Of a stretch of DNA of 64,000 nucleotides, positions 1 through 11,035 are shown piece by piece; the first letter of the stretch is position 1, and every line of letters starts with the position of its first letter. The position numbers and the translations under genes were made by a program. The stretch spans positions 2,046,001 through 2,110,000 of the forward strand of contig NW_027270958.1 of NCBI RefSeq assembly GCF_040938485.1, written 5' to 3'. The DNA comes from Diadema antillarum. Taxonomy: Eukaryota. The notes beneath the pieces are model-generated. The model did no database searches. It was not told the DNA's origin and saw only the letters and a program-made list of their open reading frames with translations.

Positions 1-722
1 AGATCAGTTTATTCCTTTGCTAAACAATAAAAGGAACACGCAGGCATACATTGTGATCATTTTGTTAGGGAAATTTGTGTTCGCAAAATGGAGCCTATAG
101 ATAGGGAATAACGAAACTTATTTATTTTTGGAGTAAAGAACCTTTGAAATAACGAAGATTACCCGATTCTTATGAAGCGCACTTCATAATCATGGAGAAC
201 AGGGAGGCTTTTTTTTTTTTTTTTTTTTCTCAGCCTCTGGCCGGGGTAGGGGGTGGAAGTAATACTGTCTCCCAACACATACAGTAACACAACTACATAC
301 TACTACTTGGCTAGGAGTTCAACCCCTTTCGCCACACAATACATAAAAAAACAACAACAGAGAGTTTCATTTTTCACGGGCTCTGGTAATTTTTGTGTTT
401 GTTTGTTTGTTTGTTGTTGTTGTTTTTTTTTGGGGGGGTGTTATATTTTGTTTTTGTTTGTGTGTATTGGACTTTGAACATTCCGTGCTTGTGATCAGCG
501 CTATACATGAACGCTAGAACAACAGACAATAGAAACATACCGAACCGATGCTGGCTACAGGCAAGAGTGCAGCATCCTCCCTCTGATACGATGGTATTTC
601 AATGCGATTCCACTGTTGTATAGCAGTTTTGGGTCCCTGACATAAACCGCGCATTTTTGATCAGGGCAGTTTACTTTCACAGCCACATCACGTCGCCTTC
701 ATCGCCTTAAAACAAATAGAAA

Positions 723-3700
723 ATGAAAACACGTTTGTTTCTACTACTGGGGCTGGGAGTCGTGGGCAGCTGTGGGTTGAACCAGCCGGACGCAGCGGGT
801 TCCCCAGAAGCCTGGAAGTCTCGTATCACTGCAGTGCTTTTCCAAGGCCTGTGCCTATTTCTGGGCTTTGGAATCATGTGCATCTATATACTCTACCAGC
901 CCGTCCCAGCCGGTTTTCCAGAACCCTGGAAATATCGTATGTGTACCGTGCTCTTCCGATGGTTTAGACGAAAGGTAGGTCTTAAGCCCCTTTTACACTT
1001 TCACGGATTGCTACACGGATGACCACGGATCGTCATCCGTGGTGTTCCGGCATGCAAAATATAAATTTTCCTCTCAGTGCCGGTGTGAATACGATCCCAA
1101 CTGGGTGTCTACACGGACAAGTACGGAGGCTACACGGACAAGTACGGTGCCTACACGGACAAACAAGGAATGAACGCGGACCACAGTGGAAACGATACGG
1201 AGCTAACACGGATATCAAGGAAGGACACGGATGCAACTGGGTCACTTCGCGGTCCTTACACGGATATTACTTTTGCTTTTGCTTTTGATACTTTATCATT
1301 CTCAGGCGACGTACCTCCAGAGCTAAGTACAGTATGCAAGCGCACCAGAAAATCTGCAGCAGCCTACACACTTCTCTGCTTGTCGACAAGATACAGTCAA
1401 ATCTCTTTGTTGCAAACTGTCATTTTCTAGAAAATCTTGACATAAACAAAGAAAAACTAAACAAAACAAATCAAAACACACAAAAAAGCATGGAGGTGTG
1501 TGTGGGTCACTTAAGTTTCTCAGACGGCCACTATACGAACAGTATGAGGGGTTGATGGCTGTACTGATGGGGGAAGATCTGAGCAAATTTCTCTATGGAC
1601 TATTTCTCTGGACTCTATGAGCTTGTATAGGCAAAATACCCTAATTTTTCATCCCGGATGGAGCCGATGCTAATACGGACGTCCCGATGTCTTCACGGAT
1701 TGTCCCGGAATGAGTAGGGAGGCAACACAGAGTAGCCGATGCCTACAAGGAAGGAATACGGAGGCAACACGGAGTAGACGGTGCCAACAAGGAAGAGTTC
1801 GTATTGATTTTCATCCGTGATGTCCGGGATGAAAAATTAAGAAAGCTTGATTTTTTCCGCGGACATGCCGAACGATCAAGAATAATGACAGAAGACTTCA
1901 CGGAGTCAATACAGTACGGATGATCCCGGATCGACGATCCGTGGTCATCCGTGATGCGATCCGTGAAAGTGTAAAAGGGGCTTTATGCCCCAGTCACGTA
2001 GACATCCCGGATCACCCCGGACCACCCCGGATCTGATCTGGGGGTGATGCCGTGTAGCTGCTGTGTTGGTCCGTGTATAATATGTCGTGTTTGTCCGTGT
2101 AGACGCCGCGCTCTTCCGGCCTTATCTGTGTAGCTGCCGTGTTGATACCGTGTGTACAGTCATATCAACGCTCGTCGACACTTCTTCGAGGTCGAAACAA
2201 TCCCGGATCTCCCAGAAATCCCCGGATCACCGTGTAGATCGTTGAGGATCCGTGTTTATATGTGACTGGGGCCTGAAGCCTGACGTCCCAGCCACATATA
2301 AACACGGATCCTCAAGGATCTACACGGTGATCCGAGGAGATCTAGGATAGTTTCGACCGCGATAATCAACACTGCAGCTACACGGCAGCCACATAGACCA
2401 TCCCGGATTGCTCTGCCAACACGGCAACCCCCGGATGACGCCGGACGGTTTTGACCTTCAAAAGTTGCCGTGTTGGCCTCACGGATGTCCCCGGATCTAC
2501 ACGGACATACACGGATGTCCAAGGATGTCCAAGGCGTCAACATGGATCTCTCCCCAGATCAGATCCGTGGTGGTCCGGGATGATCCGGGATGTCTATGTG
2601 ACCGGGGCTTACCATAATCAAGACGAATTGCATGTCTATCACCAGGGGCTGATCAAGGAACCACAGCGAGCCCAAGCTTCTGTGCCTCTAGTGCCCTGGT
2701 TATGACCCACCATTTCCTTCTCCTTCCCTCTTTCTTGTCCATTTCGGACTTACTACCTTCCTCACTAATCTTTCTACCTACTTATCTTTTCTTCCCTTAC
2801 AAGAGAGCTGCCTCGTCATTATTAATGTGCGTCCTTGTGTGTGCATGTACATATTATGTGTTTACTGTCTGTCTTTTTTTTTCTATCTGTTAGGCAAATT
2901 GTCTTTTTTTTCTTTGCAATTTGCTTTTTCCCTTTTTTATGAGGGGACTGCATACTACAAGCTCTGCTTTTTGCAGTCCCCTCAATTTCCAGCAATTTTG
3001 TTTCTGACTTTACCATAATGATATAACATTTATTTGTATCTCTGTTAATAATTAACCTGTGTCTTTATTACTTATTGTTATCTTCATCACATTGTACCGA
3101 TTTCGTGACATTATCTCTATTATGCAAATATTTCATTGTATTCCTAATTATTTTGTTTGAAATGAAATAAATCAACTTAAAACATAGTCTTGAACCGTTC
3201 AGAGGGGGCGCCTACGAAATTAGGGGGGGGGCGTACGCGCCCCTCCCCAATATTTGCTTTTTATTTATTTTGTTATGACCAAAAAAAATAAATAAATAAA
3301 GCGGAGGGGGAGAGGGGGGACCTGTCCGGCCAACCTAGATCTGTCACTGATTACGTAATGCTTCTTTACCTGTTTTTCTGACATCACTTTTGCCTGTCAT
3401 TATTGACGTACAGAAATAATGAAAGGTATATAAACATAATATAATTATATAATTCGGGGTTAAAGTGTGTATCATTACTTAATATCTTAATAGACAACAT
3501 GGCATTTAAGAGGAGATGTATCATATCAATCATCCACCTTAAGCTTCAATGTTAATTCTTCATGTCGTAGATCTTCATAAAACTGTTCCTGAGACATCGC
3601 CAGCGTCCTTCGGAGCTTCAAATCCTGAAAGAGACGATGAAATCGATGCTCAACGACACGCCGGAGCCACAGGAAGAGGTTCCTGGGTCAAACATCAGGT

Positions 3701-6700
3701 CTCGTCTGACGTCATTCGGAGGTGTGAAAGTCAGAGTGTATGAGCCGAAGAATAGGGACCCGGAAGCAACTCTGCCAGCTTTGCTTTATCTCCATGGGGG
3801 CGGCCTCACGATAGGACACATAGGTACGGGACCGTACAGTCCTTGATCAATAAACTCTCTACCAATGGTGAACGGTTATGTTACATTTGTTACGTTCTGC
3901 GTTTACGGAAAAAAAACATAGAAAGATACCCATTTCATAGCCAGCAGCAATCGTTAACTCACATGGTCATCATCTGCATCATTTTCTGGAAATTCCAATT
4001 ATTTATGCATATTTTTTTCGTTCACTCTGCAGATATGTGCGATGGAGACCTGCGCATGCTCAGTGAACGTCTTGGAGTAGCCGCAGTGGCTGTGTCGTGA
4101 GTTTCTTACGAGTTTCTTATTTTAGCCAAGTGTTTCAATTCATCAATGGCTTATAATACATATTTCATGCATAAAATAATGTGTGTGGGTTTCGCAATGA
4201 CACAAAGACAGTCACACACGCACACACATGCATTATACTCATAGGTTATATAAGACACGCAAGTGAATATAATATGCACTGTAACATCAAAATCAACGGT
4301 CTAGGTCACTGTGGAAGTCTTTCAGAGCTAAGATTTGTTTCTTGTACATTTACTATGGTTTTAACATTGTACACATGGGGCAGAAAAAAACAAACAGACC
4401 TGTGCTCTGCGTTGAAGGGACAGACACGATTTTATTGTTCTGTCTCCTGCCCCCTCTGTGACCACTGATGTTTGATTTTGAAAGAATAACTCGTAATGCA
4501 ACTTTCGAAGAGCAACCCGGTTAGACGAAACTTGTTACGCACGTGTCCTATGCCAAGTCCAGAGGAGTCCGTTGAGCGCCTGGTAGTCCGTTGAGGGCCA
4601 TTTGATCGCGCTGGGCTCGCTTCTCTCGCCCGTCATAGCCATCATAACAGTGAGAGGGCCTTGACAAAACGGGATAGGATCTAGAAAGGTAGAAAGCACA
4701 GTGAGAAAGGCACTTCGATCTGAACACAGCGAATGTAAAGCCCAGCAGTTTCCAGAAGCTATCTGTATACAAATGACGCACAGGTCTGAGTGCGTCAGTC
4801 GGAATTGTGTGCATTAGGTAACTACGGAATGCTTAACCCAGGAAGGCGAAGCCGAGTGGGTTTAGGCTAAATTCCATAGATACCGCATGCACACTTTAAA
4901 TTCCGACTGACGCAAGAAAAGACATGTGTGTAATCTGTTTTATAGAATGGGTGATTTTCTTGCCAGAAACCCATTTTTCTATCGTGTTACCCGTTGAAAA
5001 ATTCAATGGATGCATTTCCTTTTGGATTGCCAAAAACGAGAGCCCGAAAAAGATGCATCAGTTTTTACTGGACGCATCGTTTTTCTTCAGAAGCAAGCAT
5101 CCAGTAAAAATTATAGAATGGGTAGCGAGAACCCTGCGATCTCATTGGTCGAGAGAGCGATGTGTTGATTTTTACTGGCCGCACGCTGAGTCAGAATGGT
5201 AAACATGTTATCGCGCACTTATAGCAAGAGTACGCGTACTTGTAACAAAGGTTCGCGCACGAAGGAAGCGTTCGCGCACTCAGTACGAGACGCCTATTGG
5301 CTAAAACAACCATGCATCAGTATACAAAAATGACGCACAGGTCCGAGTGCGTCAGTCGGAATTGTGTGCATAAAGCCCCCGTCACACTAGAGCGTATCGA
5401 GCGAACGAATGTCCAGCGGATCCGAAAATTTGGAGATACGCTCACATCCGTTGCTCGTCGTTCGTGACCCGCTTGACGTTCGCTGTATCCGCTAGCTGTT
5501 CGCAGAGATTCGCAGAGATCCGCCGGAGCCAAATTTCGATTTTGGACATGTCTAAAATCTTGAGCGGATGACGAACGGAATGACAATCCGCTCTGTGTTC
5601 GCTTAGCATCCGCTGATCGAAAGTTTTGGTCGCTCTGCATTCGTTTCTTGTTCGTCCGCCGTTCGTCCAAATTCGCTCAGCAAATTTCAACAGCAACGCA
5701 CGTTAAATAAACGTAGCAGAAAAAAATAGATATTCATAGCACACATAATAATAATAATGATAATAATAACAAAAATAAAAAAGGTCTTATTTACCCAGCG
5801 TAGCCTCTTCAGTGTTACCACTGCTCTACCAGAGGGCCCTGCTATTGTTATTAAATTAAATTCAACTTTTGTTGTATCTTTCACTGATGGGGTGGAACAC
5901 CCTCGTCAGCCAAAGGCTGATTTTCAGAGGGGTCAACACATACAGGTTAAAAATACAAATATTATACATAAAGTGTGACAAGGATATACATCACATAATT
6001 CAAAGAGCACGAAACAAGGTATAAGCACCATGATAGCTTGTGTCAGACAGAAAAGAAGAAAAAGGAAAGAAAAAAAATTATCGACAAGGCCTTAGATTAC
6101 AACATTAAAAAAATACGGGCATTTGACACTGAATTTCAAATATAGACAAGGGACTGAAGAAATTATTACCCTAGCGTTGCCAGGTATCCATTTACACCTG
6201 GGTCGATATCGTAGGTAAAAAAATCTTGCCCAAGGATGTAAGGAGTGGGCGGTAATCGAACCCGGGTCCTCTAATCGGAAGTCGGGACTCGGGAGTCTTA
6301 TCCACTATGGCACACCCCCTACACCCCCTACATGACATTATTATACGTATGTAAATGGTAGGTAATAATTGCGTTGGCAGTGCTTATATCGACTACATTA
6401 TTCTAAGCAGCTGCTATAAAAGTCAACCTGTGGTAAATTGGAATCTCTGCATGGAAATTTGGAATTGTGAAAGTTCGACTCCAGTTGGAGGCACCAGACG
6501 CAATGAAGGATGTTGGACTACCAATATCATGCGTCAACGTGATCATCAGAAAGGAAGTGCAGTTTTATCGGAAAATCTTGAGGACTGTCGAGGGTAGTGA
6601 CATCAGGGGGTGTTTAATCAACGTTTGTCGGCGCTGACAACTTGAATCACCATAGTAACAGTCAGTGACCAGAGCATCTCAGCCAATAAAACCAAGGATT

Positions 6701-9700
6701 TTGCTGAGATTGGTCAGCACCGACACTTTGTCTTGTCGGCCCTGACAAGCGTTTATGAAACACCCCCCAGGAGTACTAGTACTTGGTGATGACTCCTGCT
6801 TCCTTCTTTTGGGGGCCATTTTCAGAGTAACAACATTATTTGACACTGTCACTGATCAAAATGATTTGGTGATGTGTGTGTCAGCCGAGATCCGTCACGT
6901 GATCGCTGCAGTGTCGCTCTGCATATGTTGGGCATTCGCTGCTTATTCGCTTTGTCCGCTCAGATTTCGTTGGATGGACTGTACGCATTCGCTTTCATTC
7001 GTTACTTTATCCGCTCGTAACACGGTGAGCGTATGCTCATCATTCGTTAGGCGACCGTTCAAAAATAACATTTTGCTTGCGAATTCGAGCGGATTTGTGC
7101 GTATCTGGACTTAGCCAAATTTTGCCCATCCGCTAGGCATTTGCTGATTTATACGCTGTAGTGTGACGGGGCCTTAAGGTAACTATTGAATGCTTAAACC
7201 ACGAGGCGAAGCCCAGAGGGTTTAGGCTAACTTCCATAGTTACCGCATGCACACTATATTCCGGCTGACGCACGAAAAGACATGTGCGTTATCTGATTTA
7301 TAGAATGGGTAATTTTCTTGCCAAAAACCCATTTTTCTATCGTGTTACCCGATGACAAAATTACTGGATATGTCTGTGAATGTTCTCAGTCATCCAGGTA
7401 AAGTATCACATGAACAATATCGGTAAATCTAGTCAACTGGACTTACTTGTAGTTTGGAGTAGCGACGTTTCGCGTCCGCTCCGGGACGCTTCATCAGGCC
7501 GACTGATCTTTGGCGGCAATTGGTTGTTGACCCGTAACAGGGTCGGGGAATTTCGGAAAGCGCCGAGGAAGAGAGAGCAAAGGAGGAAAAACTCGCTTTT
7601 CTGGATTGCCTGGTCAATATTCAGAGTGACGGTACGCTACACACATCAGTCTATAGGAAAGAAACACACACGGATCAGTACCTTTCCTTTGATTCGCATC
7701 ACCCCCTGGTCCACAAGCTAGGGGTAATCAAAACCCTACTCCACCGGGCAGATATCATCTGTTCTGATGAGGACACGAAAATCAAGGAAAACAGGCACGT
7801 TAAAGAGGCACTCAGCGCATGTGGATACAGCGGTTGGACATTCGAGAAGGCAGTTCATAAATCCAAACCAAGACACAAGGACAAACCGAACCAAAGCAAG
7901 ACAACGACAGAGGTACAACGTGACGGTTCCCTATGTTTCCGGACTTTCAGAGAAAATCCGTAGAATCTTCAGCAAACATCATATTCCTGTCTCTTTCAAA
8001 CCTACCAACACACTGAGACAGAAGTTAGTCCATCCTAAGGACAAGACCCTGAAGGACCAACAAAACAACGTGGTCTATGCTATCCAATGCAAGGATGATA
8101 AATGTGATGAGCTATACATAGGAGAGACAAAGCAGACCTTGGCCAAACATATGTACCAGCACAGACGAGCTAGCTCGTCTGGATGTGGAGACTCTGCCGT
8201 ATACTCCCATCTGAACAGCAGTAACCACACCTTTGACAACAAGGACGTAGTCATCTTAGATCGCGAGACACGGTGGTTCGAGAGGGGAGTAAAAGAGTCC
8301 ATCTACGTTAAAAGGGAGGAGCCATCCCTAAACCGAGGAGGGGGCCTGAGACACAACCTAGCCGGAGCCTACAACCCGGCGGTTCGGAAGATTCCTCGGC
8401 GCTTTCCGAAATTCCCCGACCCTGTTACGGGTCAACAACCAATTGCCGCCAAAGATCAGTCGGCCTGATGAAGCGTCCCGGAGCGGACGCGAAACGTCGC
8501 TACTCCAAACTACAAGTAAGTCCAGTTGACTAGATTTACCGATATTGTTCATGAAAAATTACTGGATGCATTTCCTTTTGGCTTGCCGTAAACGAGCATG
8601 CATCAGTTTTTACTGGACGCATGGCCAGCCGTGCATTAGTTTTTACTGGACGCATGGCCAACCGTGCATCAGTAAAAACTGATGCATGGTTGTTTTAGCC
8701 AATAGGCGTCTCGTAGTGAGTACGCGAACGCTTGTTTAGTGCGCGAACCTTTGTTACAAGTGCGCGTACTCTTGCTACAAGTGCGCGATAACATGTTTAC
8801 CACTGTGACTCAGCGTGCAGCCAGTACAAAATCAACACATAGCTCTCGACCAATAAGATCGCAGGATTCTCGCTACCCATTCTATAAAAGTCATTATCAC
8901 ATAGGCCCTATATACTTCTGTCCTCACAATGCTATCCATGCTTAACAATACACAAAATCACATTATGTCACATGTAGCTTCCTCGCATCAGAAAGTGTGT
9001 TCCATTCATTTTGTTTTATAGAATGGGTAGCGAGAATCCTGCGATCTGATTGGTCGAGAGCTGTCTGTTGATTTTTACTGGCCGCACTCGTATACGTACG
9101 CTGAGTCAAGTGGTAAACATGTTATCGCGCACTTGTAGCAAGAGTACGCGTACTTGTAACAAAGGTTTGCGCACTAAGCAAGCGTTCGCACACTCAGGTT
9201 GGCCATGCGTCCAGTAAATACTAGCCGGGTTCACACGTACACCAATTAGTGGGATACAAATCTCGAGATTTGCATCGCGATCGTCATCCCGAGTTTTTTG
9301 CACGTGTGGACAGAAAAAAACCCGAAAATTAGCGGGATAAGCATCGCGATGCTAATCCCAAGAAATCTTGCGCTGGTTCGCCAATTAGCGGGATAATTGG
9401 CCCCACGCTGGCTGGTACGTGTGAACGGTCGGGATTACAATCTCGAGTTTTTACATCCCATCATGCAATGCGCACATCGCAACAGCGAGGCCTCTGCGAA
9501 GAGGTCCTTCACCTCTTTGGAGCACAACAACAACAGCGCGCGAACCACACCACTGACGCGTAAAAGACAATGGACAAAGGTAAGTGCGCGCAGGCAGTGA
9601 TAGAGAAGGGCGCTGTGTGACCCAGTTTGCAGGCTTTGCTGTTATCTCTATCGGCAATTAGCGGGATAATTCGGTACGTGTGGACGCTCGCCAAATTAGC

Positions 9701-10950
9701 GGGATACCGATCGCGATCCCGCTAATTTGGTACGTGTGGACGCTCGCAAAAAAACTCGGGATGAGCATCGCGATCGTCATCCCGCTAATTTGTACGTGTG
9801 AACCCGGCTACTGATGCATGGCTGGCCGTGCGTCCAGTAAAAACTGATGCATGCTCGTTTACGGCAAGCCAAAAGGAAATGCATCCAGTAATTTTGTCAT
9901 CGGGTAACACGATAGAAAAATGGGTTTTTGACAAGAAAATTACCCATTCTATAGATCAGATGACGCACATGTCTTTTCGTGCGTCAGTCGGAATATAGTG
10001 TGCATGCGGTAATTATGGAATTTAGCCTAAACCCACTCGGCTTCGCCTCGTGGGTTAAGCATTCCATAGTTACCTTATGCACACAATTCCGACTGACGCA
10101 CTCAGACCTGTGCGTCATTTGTATACTAATCAATCGTCTTTCTGATCCCCACTGCAGATATCGGCTAGCACCAGAGCACCCCTACCCAGCAGCCTTTGAC
10201 GACGCGTTTGCAGCTACTAGATGGCTGCTCACACACCCTGAAGAGATAGGAATCGATCCACAAAGAGTAGTGGTGTCGGGAGACAGCGCTGGTGGACTTC
10301 TCACGGCGGTAGTCTCTGGAGCGATTGCAGACGACCCGTCTGTTCCAGACATCAAGCTCCAGGTCCTGTTCTATCCATGGCTGCAGAGCCTGGACCTGAA
10401 CACGCCATCATACCAGAAAATGAGTTCCGAGAGCTATGGAAGACTCTTTCGTTTGGTAGAGTTGATGCCAGTTTTCATCAGCGCTGCTGTGCTTGGAAGT
10501 GCAAATCAGTCTGTCGTACATCAGATCTCAAGCAACAACCACACGTCTGCAGACTTCAAGCGCTCAGCACCTTATCGAGACTACATCAGCCATTCCCCTA
10601 TCCCAAAAGACATGATACCGGAGAGCTACAAGCCTCCCAAATCTGACGACTACGGTAACGAGGAGCTTTGGGATAGTATGAAGACCGCGTTGACGTCTTG
10701 GAAACTTGTGCCCCTAATGCGCGATGACTTGTCCAAATTGCCCAGGGCTTTTGTCGCAACATGTGGCTATGATGTATTACGAGATGATGGGATAATGTAT
10801 GTAAAAAGACTAGAAAAAGCTGGGGTTCCCGTAGAGTGGGTAAATTATGAGACTGCTTTTCACGGTATCCCACGGTTTGGACCACTATCGTTCGAAATAG
10901 GGCGAAAGATGTACGATGATTCCATTGCATTTATCAAGAAATATCTGTGA
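723..10950 (+). CDS. AADAC/NCEH1-like alpha/beta-hydrolase, paralog 1; join(723..974,3571..3823,4033..4096,10158..10950), 453 aa
   Basis: All introns are GT-AG with matching phases 0/1/2. Motifs: hydrophobic N-terminus, LHGGG oxyanion motif, VAVS|YRLAPEHPYPAAFDD across the exon 3/4 junction, GDSAGG nucleophile, GYDVLRDDG (Asp) and AFHG (His). Exon lengths 252+253+64+793 = 1362 nt, open. Confidence 0.93.
985..1982. mobile_element. PIF/Harbinger-type non-autonomous element A in intron 1 of paralog 1
   Basis: TIR AGCCCCTTTTACACTTTCACGGAT at both ends; TTA TSD at 982-984 and 1983-1985; repeated CACGGA/TCCGTG subterminal motifs; absent at the orthologous site of paralog 2. Confidence 0.85.
1491..1590 (+). 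pseudogene. Frameshifted remnant of a Harbinger transposase N-terminus
   Basis: Reads WRCVWV, then a frameshift, then FLRRPLYEQYEGLMAVLMGED. This resembles the WVRxWLxRRxxYGQYExLMxEL..ED start of Harbinger/HARBI1-like transposases (recalled, not searched). It lies inside TIR element A. Confidence 0.6.
1986..2609. mobile_element. PIF/Harbinger-type MITE B, abutting element A
   Basis: TIR (A/T)GCCCC(A/G)GTCAC(G/A)TAGACATCCCGGATCA of about 55 bp; TTA-like flanks; internal CCGGAT repeats. Confidence 0.8.
5726..6318 (-). mobile_element. tRNA-derived SINE, interrupted by a ~300-bp insertion (probably a LINE 3' tail)
   Basis: On the - strand: A-box-like TGCCATAGTGGATAAG, B-box GGGTTCGATT, CORE-like CCTTGGGCAAG and an (ATT)n tail. 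Homologous to 38453-38700 and 63410-63580. Confidence 0.65.
6604..6770. mobile_element. Small MITE
   Basis: Imperfect ~38-bp TIR: CAGGGGGTGTTTAATCAACGTTTGTC versus the reverse complement CTGGGGGGTGTTTCATAAACGCTTGTC. No clear TSD. Confidence 0.6.
7458..7504 (-). ncRNA. Second hammerhead ribozyme motif in the inverted pLTR
   Basis: Reverse complement of 8458-8504. Confidence 0.72.
7571..8468 (+). pseudogene. Penelope polyprotein remnant: RT thumb/linker plus GIY-YIG endonuclease, one frameshift at about 7860-7910
   Basis: The frame from 7571 reads KLAFLDCLV..TSVYRKETHTDQYLSFDSHHPLVHKLGVIKTLLHRA. The frame of ORF 7767-8468 reads VTVPYVSGLSEKIRRIF..NVVYAIQCKDDKCDELYIGETKQTLAKHMYQH..WFERGVKESIYV..LNRGGG. 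Confidence 0.9.
8458..8504 (+). ncRNA. Minimal type I hammerhead ribozyme motif in the Penelope pLTR
   Basis: AGUCGGC-CUGAUGA-A-GCGUC(ccggagcg)GACGC-GAAA-CGUC|GCUACU. Core boxes are intact, stem III is the palindromic ACGU, and stem I is AGU(C)GGC/GCUACU. Confidence 0.75.
9017..10125 (-). mobile_element. Independent reverse-oriented copy of family X
   Basis: Ends TATAGAATGGG... and ...GCGTCATTTGTATA; contains CTCGGCTTCGCCTCG; absent in paralog 2 (ttttgtt|ctaatcaatc). Confidence 0.75.
9223..9809. mobile_element. PIF/Harbinger-type MITE D
   Basis: TIR AGCCGGGTTCACACGTAC; 3-bp TSD ACT; internal TTAGCGGGAT repeats. Confidence 0.82.
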
Positions 10951-11035
10951 GGAATAGCCACGTACGTTGACCAATGTTCTATGACCCAAATGGTAGAGTA
11001 TATACTGCATAATGATAAATGTTCGGGATTCGTTG

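Larger units (their letters stand above)
5374..7174. mobile_element. PIF/Harbinger-type MITE C, nested in family X
   Basis: TIR AG(G/C)CCCCGTCACACTA(C/G)AGCGTAT; TAA TSD at 5371-5373 and 7175-7177; the empty site is visible in the other family X copy (tgcattaggtaac at about 4810). Confidence 0.85.
7370..8554 (+). mobile_element. 5'-truncated Penelope-like retroelement with inverted pseudo-LTR
   Basis: 13-bp TSD AAAATTACTGGAT (7357-7369, 8555-8567); 162-bp inverted repeat 7409-7570 / 8392-8553; RT C-terminus plus GIY-YIG coding; typical PLE tail CCTGGATGACTGAGAAC on the - strand at the left end. Confidence 0.93.
4766..8886 (+). mobile_element. Rearranged dimer of a TATA-ended interspersed element (family X, possibly Crypton-like), hosting nested insertions
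   Basis: Absent from paralog 2 intron 3, where the flanks ctatctg|aagtcatt are contiguous. Starts TATACAAATGACGCAC and restarts at about 5320; ends CCCATTCTATA. Contains a GGCGAAGCCGAG motif. Segment 5111-5320 is an inverted copy of the 3' end. Confidence 0.7.

Noticed and set aside
6160-6318. tRNA gene
   Set aside because: It has A/B boxes but no full cloverleaf, and it continues into the SINE body and tail.
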